Of a stretch of DNA of 64,000 nucleotides, positions 1 through 5,272 are shown one piece after another. The first letter of the stretch is position 1, and the number at the start of each line of letters is the position of its first letter. The position numbers were made by a program, and so were the translations under genes. The notes beneath the pieces are model-generated. The model did no database searches, was not told the DNA's origin, and saw only the letters and a list, made by a program, of their open reading frames with translations. Source of the DNA: a virus; the IMG/VR virus record IMGVR_UViG_3300045988_016718. The stretch is one strand, 5' to 3'.

Positions 1-137
1 AATATCCCAAGGCTAAGGTAAGGGGGAGGAGTAAGGGTGACTTATATCTCACTCATGTAAATATCATCCAATCAAAAATTAAAAAAAATTTAAAATAATA
101 ATGGATGCCTCATTCATAAGTTAAACTTTACTAAACA

Positions 138-169
138 TTTGGTAATCTCATTTATTTTACTTATCTTTG
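138..169 (+). promoter_or_regulatory. Bacteroides-type sigma-A promoter (-33 TTTG, 20-nt spacer, -7 TATCTTTG)
   Basis: TTTG at 138-141 and TATCTTTG at 162-169. The spacer is nearly identical to the promoter at 948-979 (ATCTCA-TTATTTTACTTA). Confidence 0.6.
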
Positions 170-464
170 CCCCCAGTAGCATGGAGTGTAAGTCTGTGTC
201 ACCTCTGGGAGGGTTAAAAGAGTATCAGAGCAGAAGTTGGGTAGTAGTCCTAAATAAGGATGAGGTGTCCCCAATACTACTAAAAATTGACATACTATAA
301 GCTTGTTTGTATGAGCCTACTTACATGGGAAAAGGCACAGGTAAATCATACTATAGGGGTATTCCAAGAACGGGGCAAGTGAAGTGTATGTTTAACTGGT
401 AAGGTAAATCTTACAACTGGCATCAAAACCAGCTAGGGAAAAACTATATCTAAGAAACAAGAAC

Positions 465-884
465 ATGAAGGATTTGATTAAAAGGATAGCACTGTGGCTA
501 TGGCAACTTCCACAGAACTTAATAGCACTCTTGCTTTATAACATATTAGGGCACTGGTCATACTATGGGGGTAAGTATAGGGATAATTACATCATTGTAT
601 GTAAGGCAGCATTGTCCTCATTTGCATTAGGTGATTACATGTTCCTTACTCCTTTTAGTAATGAGAGAGTAATGGACCATGAGTTAGGTCATTGTAGGCA
701 ATCAGAGATACTAGGTCCTTTGTATATACCTATTATAGTAGTACCTTCATTGCTGAATAACTTGTATGACAGACTGATTACTTTTATGGGTAAAGAGTAT
801 GACTACTTCTCATTCTACACAGAGAAATGGGCTAACAAGTTAGGTGGTTATTCTCCTACCAACATTAAAGACTTAATCACTTAA
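465..884 (+). CDS. Hypothetical membrane-associated protein with HExxH (HELGH) zinc-peptidase-like motif
   Basis: 139-aa ORF with a hydrophobic N-terminus. It has the motif MDHELGHCRQSE. Confidence 0.55.
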   Translation: MKDLIKRIALWLWQLPQNLIALLLYNILGHWSYYGGKYRDNYIIVCKAALSSFALGDYMFLTPFSNERVMDHELGHCRQSEILGPLYIPIIVVPSLLNNLYDRLITFMGKEYDYFSFYTEKWANKLGGYSPTNIKDLIT

Positions 885-947
885 GGTCAACATTGAATCA
901 TGTAAAGAGTTAGTATGTGTTAAATATATCATTTAAATAAGGAAAGA

Positions 948-979
948 TTTGCATATCTCAATTATTTTACTTACCTTTG
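948..979 (+). promoter_or_regulatory. Bacteroides-type promoter ahead of the tRNA array
   Basis: TTTG at 948-951, a 20-nt spacer and TACCTTTG at 972-979, followed by CA. Confidence 0.65.
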
Positions 980-1005
980 CAGCATCATTCAGTTGATAAG
1001 TTTAT

Positions 1006-1078
1006 TGCCCCTTGGTGTAATTGGTTAGCACATGACATTTTGGATGTCATAGTCTCAGTTCAAGTCTGGTAGGGGTAA
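1006..1078 (+). tRNA. tRNA-Gln (anticodon TTG)
   Basis: Hand fold: acceptor TGCCCCT/AGGGGTA, D stem GTGT/GCAC, anticodon stem TGACA/TGTCA with loop TTTTGGA, T-loop TTCAAGT. Confidence 0.85.
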
Positions 1079-1084
1079 CAATCT

Positions 1085-1157
1085 GGATAGGTAGTATAAT
1101 GGATAATACAACAGTCTTCTAAACTGTATTATAAGAGTTCGAGTCTCTTCCTATCTA
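1085..1157 (+). tRNA. tRNA-Arg (anticodon TCT)
   Basis: Acceptor GGATAGG/CCTATCT, D stem GTAT/ATAC, anticodon stem ACAGT/ACTGT with loop CTTCTAA, T arm AAGAG-TTCGAGT-CTCTT. Confidence 0.85.
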
Positions 1158-1173
1158 CAAGAATTAGATAGAT

Positions 1174-1461
1174 ATGGGATATAAGAATAAGTATGATTTA
1201 TATGAGAATCAGAAGAGAAGATGGACTCAAAGAAAGGTCAAAGCTATATTGTATAAGGGTGGCAAATGTGCAGTATGTGGTGCAGAGTATGATGGTACTA
1301 ATGGTGCTATATTTGACTTTCATCATATAAATCCAGAGGAGAAAGAGTTTGAATGGGGAAAGTTAAGAGTAAGAAGCTGGGATTCAGTTAAAGAGGAATT
1401 AGATAAAGAGATATGTGTATGTGCAAATTGTCACAGACTTATACACTCCCAGAGGTTCTAA
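1174..1461 (+). CDS. HNH (His-Me finger) endonuclease, copy 1
   Basis: The 95-aa ORF has CAVCG...FDFHHINP...CVCANCHRLIH, which is the CxxC/HH/CxxCH zinc and HNH signature. It is a paralogue of 1582-1938. Confidence 0.8.
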   Translation: MGYKNKYDLYENQKRRWTQRKVKAILYKGGKCAVCGAEYDGTNGAIFDFHHINPEEKEFEWGKLRVRSWDSVKEELDKEICVCANCHRLIHSQRF

Positions 1462-1470
1462 ACTTAGAAT

Positions 1471-1495
1471 GATAGTTCGATTCTATCAGGGGGTA
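1471..1495 (+). pseudogene. tRNA 3' relic (T arm plus 3' acceptor strand only)
   Basis: GATAG-TTCGATT-CTATC-AGGGGGT-A lies directly after the HNH stop codon. Its 3' end CAGGGGGTACA is identical to that of the tRNA at 4140-4214. No D arm or canonical anticodon arm lies upstream. Confidence 0.5.
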
Positions 1496-1581
1496 CATGT
1501 TTTTGTAATGGACATAAATTATGTTTTAAAATGTAGACTAATTGGTCTGTGAAGATAGATTAGTCACTTTAAATTATTTAT

Positions 1582-1938
1582 ATGAAGGTATGTAGAATTT
1601 GTAATAGAGAGTTAGAAGATGATAAATTCCCAAAGAATGGAAATGCTTTAAGAAATATATGTAAAGAATGTCAAACTAGAAGGGTAAGAATAAGACAAAT
1701 AGAATTTGTGAATTGGGCTAATGAATTAAAGACTCATTGCTCTATATGTGGATATAACAAATGTAAGGAAGCTTTAGAATGGCATCATACAGGTAACAAT
1801 AAAGACTTTAACATTAGTAGGTTTGTCAACAGTAATTTTCCATCTGAAGAAAATAAGCAAAAGGTTCTAAATGAACTTTCAAAATGTATTTGTGTATGTG
1901 CAAACTGTCATAGGGAAATACATAATATGGTGGGTTAG
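1582..1938 (+). CDS. HNH (His-Me finger) endonuclease, copy 2
   Basis: The 118-aa ORF has CRICN...CKEC, CSICG...LEWHH...CVCANCHREIH. Its C-terminal half aligns with 1174-1461. Confidence 0.8.
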   Translation: MKVCRICNRELEDDKFPKNGNALRNICKECQTRRVRIRQIEFVNWANELKTHCSICGYNKCKEALEWHHTGNNKDFNISRFVNSNFPSEENKQKVLNELSKCICVCANCHREIHNMVG

Positions 1939-2001
1939 TATAGTGGTTAGTACACAAGGTTTTCAACCTTGCAGAGAGGGGTTCAAATCCCCTACCCATT
2001 A
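1929..2001 (+). tRNA. tRNA-Glu (anticodon TTC)
   Basis: Acceptor GGTGGGT/ACCCATT (two G.T pairs), D stem GTAT/GTAC, anticodon stem CAAGG/CCTTG with loop TTTTCAA, T arm AGGGG-TTCAAAT-CCCCT. The 5' end overlaps the HNH ORF by 10 nt. Confidence 0.8.
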
Positions 2002-2008
2002 CAAATTT

Positions 2009-2081
2009 AGTCTATGTAGCATAGTGGTTAATGTGCTGGACTGTCAATCCAGAGATTAGGGTTCAATTCCCTCATAGACTG
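2009..2081 (+). tRNA. tRNA-Asp (anticodon GTC), best drawn with 8-bp acceptor and 4-bp T stem
   Basis: Perfect 8-bp helix AGTCTATG/CATAGACT, linker TA, D stem GCAT/ATGT, anticodon stem CTGGA/TCCAG with loop CTGTCAA, T arm AGGG-TTCAATT-CCCT. Confidence 0.75.
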
Positions 2082-2121
2082 CGACACCTAAAGTCCTAGT
2101 TGAAGCGTCAATTAGGCAAAT

Positions 2122-2209
2122 GGAAGTATAACTCACAAGGTGTGGGAACTGTCTTGAAAACAGATTGGTCATGTAAAAAGTGATTGGGGGTCGGGACCTC
2201 ATGCTTCCT
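2122..2209 (+). tRNA. tRNA-Ser-like (anticodon TGA), class II with long variable arm and non-canonical T loop
   Basis: 88 nt. Acceptor GGAAGTA(T)/(A)TGCTTCC, D stem CTCA/TGGG with GG in the loop, anticodon stem CTGT/ACAG with loop CTTGAAA, variable hairpin GGTCA..TGATT. The T stem is GGGG/CCTC, but the loop is GTCGGGA instead of TTCRANY. Confidence 0.5.
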
Positions 2210-2211
2210 CT

Positions 2212-2409
2212 ATGATACAGATATTAAGGAAAGAAGGTTGGGTATTAAATCCTAATGATAAGGTAGTGAATGCTATCCTTAAGAGATGTGAGATTAATGG
2301 TGGTGAATGTCCTTGTCATAATGAATCAGAGGATAAACATTGTCCTTGTACAGACTATAAGGAGAAGGATGAATGTCACTGTGGTTTATATGTTAAATTG
2401 GAGAGTTAA
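2212..2409 (+). CDS. Ferredoxin-thioredoxin reductase catalytic-subunit-like (FTR-B-like) Cys-rich protein
   Basis: The 65-aa ORF has LNPNDKVVNAILKRC..GGECPCH-x7-CPC-x8-CHCGLYV. This matches the CPC..CPC-x8-CHC-xLF [4Fe-4S]/disulfide signature of FTR catalytic chains, with a shortened first spacer. Confidence 0.6.
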   Translation: MIQILRKEGWVLNPNDKVVNAILKRCEINGGECPCHNESEDKHCPCTDYKEKDECHCGLYVKLES

Positions 2410-2492
2410 CCTAAGAGGTCTTAGGAACTACCTGCTAAGTAGATTGTACCAGTAATTGGTATATGTTTCAAGTACATAGCTCTCCGCATAAT

Positions 2493-2565
2493 ATAGGTGT
2501 AATTCAGTTGGTAGAATGCTGGCTTTGGGAGCCAGTTGTCCTAGGTTCGAGTCCTAGTACCTATA
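2493..2565 (+). tRNA. tRNA-Pro (anticodon TGG)
   Basis: Acceptor ATAGGTG/TACCTAT, D stem ATTC/GAAT, anticodon stem CTGGC/GCCAG with loop TTTGGGA, T arm CTAGG-TTCGAGT-CCTAG. Confidence 0.85.
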
Positions 2566-2571
2566 CTTAAT

Positions 2572-2645
2572 GGGTCATGTAGTGTAAATGGATAACACAC
2601 CATCCTTGCAAGATGGAATTGGGGTTCAAGTCCCACATGTATCCA
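2572..2645 (+). tRNA. tRNA-Ala (anticodon TGC), irregular acceptor and T stems
   Basis: D stem GTGT/ACAC, anticodon stem CCATC/GATGG with loop CTTGCAA, T-loop TTCAAGT, G3.T70 and A73 present. The acceptor pairs only as GGGTCATG/CATG(T)ATCC with a bulge, and the T stem has only 3-4 bp. Confidence 0.6.
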
Positions 2646-2707
2646 CTTTGTTTTCATGTTTTCATAATGTTTTAGACAGGTTGCCAGTAACCTTAATACT
2701 GACACAT

Positions 2708-2781
2708 TGCTCCTCAGTTCAGTGGTTAAGAACAGCTTTCTTACACAGAGAAGGTCATTAGTTCGATTCTAATAGGAGCAA
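2708..2781 (+). tRNA. tRNA-Val (anticodon TAC)
   Basis: Acceptor TGCTCCT/AGGAGCA, D stem GTTC/GAAC, anticodon loop CTTACAC, T arm ATTAG-TTCGATT-CTAAT. Confidence 0.8.
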
Positions 2782-2786
2782 CATAA

Positions 2787-2861
2787 GGGGATGAAGCTTA
2801 AGTGGTATATAGCTACTGCCTGTTAAGCAGAAGATAGTAGGTTCGAGTCCTATCATGCCCG
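2787..2861 (+). tRNA. tRNA-Asn (anticodon GTT)
   Basis: Acceptor GGGGATG/CATGCCC (one G.G mismatch), anticodon stem CTGC/GCAG with loop CTGTTAA, T arm GTAGG-TTCGAGT-CCTAT. Confidence 0.75.
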
Positions 2862-2880
2862 CAGTTAAATTGGAAGAGTT

Positions 2881-3204
2881 ATGATTGTACAAGTAGAAGA
2901 TAGAAGTAGAATTAAGAAGATACATTTCAAGTATCCACATCTCTTTAAGCCAGAAGCTGAACAGGACATTATCAATATGTACAAGGATATATTGGAAACA
3001 GATGACCAGTTGACCTCAGCAAGGCAATTAGTTAGAGACTTGGAGAAAGAATTGAAGCAGAAGAGGGACAAGTTTAATGAAATGGAAGCAATGTTTACCA
3101 TTGAATATGAACAAAAGGAAACAGAACATGTAGATGTAGTATCTACTAATATGGCTGTTATTAACCCTTCAGATGCTAGTAATAGAAGTTATACTGGGCA
3201 GTAG
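2881..3204 (+). CDS. Hypothetical protein (coiled-coil-like)
   Basis: 107-aa ORF between tRNAs. Its stop codon lies inside the 5' end of tRNA-Trp. Confidence 0.5.
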   Translation: MIVQVEDRSRIKKIHFKYPHLFKPEAEQDIINMYKDILETDDQLTSARQLVRDLEKELKQKRDKFNEMEAMFTIEYEQKETEHVDVVSTNMAVINPSDASNRSYTGQ

Positions 3205-3267
3205 TTCAATAGGTAGAACCCTAGTCTCCAAAACTAGTTGTTGTGAGTTCAAGTCTTGCCTGCTCAG
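3195..3267 (+). tRNA. tRNA-Trp (anticodon CCA)
   Basis: Acceptor TGGGCAG/CTGCTCA, D stem GTTC/GAAC, anticodon stem CTAGT/ACTAG with loop CTCCAAA, T-loop TTCAAGT. Confidence 0.85.
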
Positions 3268-3275
3268 CTATTAAT

Positions 3276-3348
3276 GTGCATGTCTCCTAATTGGTTAGGA
3301 AGCCACTCTGATAAGGTGGTAATGAAGGTTCAAGTCCTTACTTGCACA
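3276..3348 (+). tRNA. tRNA-Ile (anticodon GAT)
   Basis: Acceptor GTGCATG/CTTGCAC (one T.T mismatch), D stem TCCT/AGGA, anticodon stem CCACT/GGTGG with loop CTGATAA, T-loop TTCAAGT. Confidence 0.75.
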
Positions 3349-3350
3349 CT

Positions 3351-3422
3351 GTACTAGTAGCTTAATGGTAAAGCACTACATTGTGGATGTAGCACATGTG
3401 AGTTCGAGTCTCACCTAGCACC
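3351..3422 (+). tRNA. tRNA-His (anticodon GTG)
   Basis: Acceptor GTACTAG/CTAGCAC, D stem GCTT/AAGC, anticodon stem CTACA/TGTAG with loop TTGTGGA, T arm GTGAG-TTCGAGT-CTCAC, discriminator C. No G-1 is encoded. Confidence 0.8.
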
Positions 3423-3429
3423 CCAATAT

Positions 3430-3503
3430 ACTCACATAGCTCAGCAGGTTAGAGCAGGAATCTTATACATTCAAGGTCAGGGGTTCAAATCCCTTTGTGA
3501 GTA
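3430..3503 (+). tRNA. tRNA-Ile (anticodon TAT, reads AUA)
   Basis: Perfect acceptor ACTCACA/TGTGAGT, D stem GCTC/GAGC, anticodon stem GAAT/ATTC with loop CTTATAC, T arm AGGGG-TTCAAAT-CCCTT. Confidence 0.8.
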
Positions 3504-3508
3504 CACTT

Positions 3509-3581
3509 CTCCAGTTGTCTGAATGGTTTAGGTCCTAGTCTGCAAAACTATGGTATGTTGGTTCAAATCCAATACTGGAGT
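3509..3581 (+). tRNA. tRNA-Cys (anticodon GCA)
   Basis: Perfect acceptor CTCCAGT/ACTGGAG, anticodon stem TAGT/ACTA with loop CTGCAAA, T arm GTTGG-TTCAAAT-CCAAT. The D stem is weak. Confidence 0.75.
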
Positions 3582-3583
3582 CT

Positions 3584-3793
3584 ATGGAAGATAAATTAGA
3601 TAAGATACTGAAGAATCAAGAGATAATTAATAGGAACCAAGTTACAATATACAGAGAGTTACTATTAGTTGAATCAAGACTCTTTAAGAGTGAAAGTAAG
3701 GAGTTCCTTAGAAACTACTTAGCAGATATAGCAGGTACTATTACTGCTGAGTTAGGTCTTGTGGACCTTCTTAATGCTATAAAGAAAGCATAA
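3584..3793 (+). CDS. Hypothetical protein
   Basis: The 69-aa ORF starts 3 nt after tRNA-Cys and ends 1 nt before tRNA-Lys. Confidence 0.45.
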   Translation: MEDKLDKILKNQEIINRNQVTIYRELLLVESRLFKSESKEFLRNYLADIAGTITAELGLVDLLNAIKKA

Positions 3794-3865
3794 GTTCCTA
3801 TAGCTTAATGGTAGAGCTACTCCCTCTTAAGGAGAAGGTTCAAGGTTCAAGTCCTTGTGGGAACA
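3794..3865 (+). tRNA. tRNA-Lys (anticodon CTT)
   Basis: Acceptor GTTCCTA/TGGGAAC, D stem GCTT/GAGC, anticodon stem CTCC/GGAG with loop CTCTTAA, T arm CAAGG-TTCAAGT-CCTTG. Confidence 0.85.
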
Positions 3866-3886
3866 CACTAACCTTGGCAGGTTTAT

Positions 3887-3961
3887 TGCCCTATAGCTCA
3901 ATAGGATAGATGTAACTGGCTTTTAACCAGTGGGTTCTGGGTTCGAGTCCCAGTGGGGCAA
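3887..3961 (+). tRNA. tRNA-Lys (anticodon TTT)
   Basis: Acceptor TGCCCTA/TGGGGCA, anticodon stem ACTGG/CCAGT with loop CTTTTAA, T arm CTGGG-TTCGAGT-CCCAG. The D stem is poorly paired. Confidence 0.75.
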
Positions 3962-3966
3962 CATAT

Positions 3967-4049
3967 TGAAGTATAACCGGTAATTGGTAGCCGCAAGGAC
4001 TGTAAATCCTTTCCCTATGGGACTGGGGGTTCGATTCCCTCTACTTCAA
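3967..4049 (+). tRNA. tRNA-Tyr (anticodon GTA), class II
   Basis: 83 nt. Acceptor TGAAGTA/TACTTCA, anticodon stem AAGGA/TCCTT with loop CTGTAAA, variable hairpin TCCC-TAT-GGGA, T arm GGGGG-TTCGATT-CCCTC. Confidence 0.85.
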
Positions 4050-4058
4050 CATTTTAAT

Positions 4059-4133
4059 GGGTACTTGGTGTAGGTGGTTATTGCACGTGGGTCTGAAAAA
4101 TCCAAGGCTTAAGTTCAACTCTTAGAGTTCCCA
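4059..4133 (+). tRNA. tRNA-Phe (anticodon GAA)
   Basis: Acceptor GGGTACT/AGTTCCC (one T.T mismatch), D stem GTG/CAC, anticodon stem TGGGT/ATCCA with loop CTGAAAA, T arm TTAAG-TTCAACT-CTTAG. Confidence 0.8.
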
Positions 4134-4139
4134 CATTAT

Positions 4140-4214
4140 GCCCTCTTGGTGGAATGGTTAAGACACACTAGATTTAGGCTCTAGGCATTGTAGGTTCGAC
4201 TCCTACAGGGGGTA
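4140..4214 (+). tRNA. tRNA with Leu anticodon TAG but class I shape (5-nt variable loop)
   Basis: Acceptor GCCCTCT/AGGGGGT, Leu-like D arm GTGGAATGGTTAAGACAC, perfect anticodon stem CTAGA/TCTAG with loop TTTAGGC, variable GCATT, T arm GTAGG-TTCGACT-CCTAC, A73. Confidence 0.7.
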
Positions 4215-4240
4215 CAATTAACATATTTTATTTGAATAAG

Positions 4241-4272
4241 TTTGCATAGTTCAAGGATAATACTTACCTTTG
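4241..4272 (+). promoter_or_regulatory. Bacteroides-type promoter ahead of the Dps-like gene
   Basis: TTTG at 4241-4244, a 20-nt spacer and TACCTTTG at 4265-4272. The extended match is TACTTACCTTTGCA. Confidence 0.65.
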
Positions 4273-4294
4273 CAAACATAATAACAATGACAAC

Positions 4295-4762
4295 ATGGAA
4301 CCTTTTTTAAGAGGGGGTTTGTTAACACCAATAGATGATATAAGTGTAGAAGCCCCAACAAGTAATGAGTTCAATATCTTCCTTCACTTTGTGAATGTAC
4401 TTGAAGGTATTAAGACACAGATAAAGAATGTACATTGGGCATCACTCAAGTTACCTAATAGGGACAAGAGAGGAGCACACTTATACCTTGATGACTTTGT
4501 AGAAGTAGTTGGAGATTTCCAAGATACTGTGGCAGAAAGTGCTACTGGTATTACAGGTATTTCCTTTGACTTTAATACAGTACATGGTATAGCTTTTAAT
4601 GCTTCATCAACAGCAGAGTTAATGGAATACATTAAGAATAAGACCATAGAGTTCTACAACAGTTTACCAACAAGTGCTATGTATGCTGGTATTAAGTCTG
4701 AAACAGAGACTTTTATCAATAATATAGTGATTTACATCTATAGGTTTAGGTTGACTGAATAA
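4295..4762 (+). CDS. Dps / ferritin-like four-helix-bundle protein
   Basis: The 155-aa ORF contains IKNVHWASL..RGAHLYLDDFVEVVGDFQDTVAES. This matches the Dps ferroxidase pattern HW-x(10-13)-H-x3-(D/E)..D-x2-AE, and the length is typical of Dps. Confidence 0.6.
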   Translation: MEPFLRGGLLTPIDDISVEAPTSNEFNIFLHFVNVLEGIKTQIKNVHWASLKLPNRDKRGAHLYLDDFVEVVGDFQDTVAESATGITGISFDFNTVHGIAFNASSTAELMEYIKNKTIEFYNSLPTSAMYAGIKSETETFINNIVIYIYRFRLTE

Positions 4763-4763
4763 T

Positions 4764-4839
4764 GGCTCAGTGGTGCAACTGGTGAAGACACAACAGGTTT
4801 AAACCCTGTAAAGTAAGGGTTCGAGTCCCTTCTGAGTCA
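4764..4839 (+). tRNA. tRNA with Leu anticodon TAA but class I shape; CCA encoded at 4840-4842
   Basis: Acceptor GGCTCAG/CTGAGTC, Leu-like D arm GTGCAACTGGTGAAGACAC, anticodon stem ACAGG/CCTGT with loop TTTAAAC, variable AAAGT, T arm AAGGG-TTCGAGT-CCCTT, A73 then CCA. Confidence 0.7.
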
Positions 4840-4848
4840 CCAGCTAAT

Positions 4849-4919
4849 GGATTGGTAGTTTAAGGGTAAAACATCTCTCTTGTAAAGAGCAATTCACAGT
4901 TCGATTCTGTGCCTTTCCT
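4849..4919 (+). tRNA. tRNA-Thr (anticodon TGT)
   Basis: D stem GTTT/AAAC, anticodon stem CTCT/AGAG with loop CTTGTAA, T arm CACAG-TTCGATT-CTGTG. The acceptor GGATTGG/CCTTTCC has two T.T mismatches. Confidence 0.7.
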
Positions 4920-5115
4920 CAACAAGTTAGTAGCTGTCACTCTATTCAGTGAGGCTAACACTCCTTGGCTTATAGAGTCTATTTGGTGAGCTGCCACCCA
5001 CTAGTCCTGCGGAGGCTAAATGAAAAAGAGCTATATTAAGATAGAGGCATGAAGGAGAGTTCCAGCAAAGGGTAAACTGGAAAGGAGTGGTACTACAATC
5101 CAAATCCACTCAAAT

Positions 5116-5188
5116 GTAGGTATGGTGTTAGTGGTCAGCACATGACATTGCCAATGTCAAGGGGTCAGTTCAAGTCTGATTATCTACT
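5116..5188 (+). tRNA. tRNA-Gly (anticodon GCC)
   Basis: Acceptor GTAGGTA/TATCTAC, D stem GTGT/GCAC, anticodon stem TGACA/TGTCA with loop TTGCCAA, T arm GTCAG-TTCAAGT-CTGAT. Confidence 0.85.
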
Positions 5189-5194
5189 CATAAT

Positions 5195-5266
5195 GCAGGT
5201 ATCGTATAATGGTTAATATAAGAGATTTCCAATCTTTTGATGTCAGTTCGATTCTGACTATCTGCT
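5195..5266 (+). tRNA. tRNA-Gly (anticodon TCC)
   Basis: Acceptor GCAGGTA/TATCTGC, D stem GTAT/ATAT, anticodon stem AGAGA/TCTTT with loop TTTCCAA, T arm GTCAG-TTCGATT-CTGAC. Confidence 0.85.
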
Positions 5267-5272
5267 CATTAT

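Noticed and set aside
1871-2455. Track ORFs 1871-2059 (+) and 2270-2455 (+).
   Set aside because: The first runs straight through tRNA-Glu and tRNA-Asp. The second is an alternative frame of the FTR-like gene and has no features of its own.
4920-5115. The gap in the tRNA array read as a tmRNA, an intron-containing tRNA or a 26th tRNA.
   Set aside because: There is no TTCRA-type T-loop on either strand, no acceptor-like terminal pairing and no tag-like ORF ending in a hydrophobic tail. It is kept only as an unexplained structured region.
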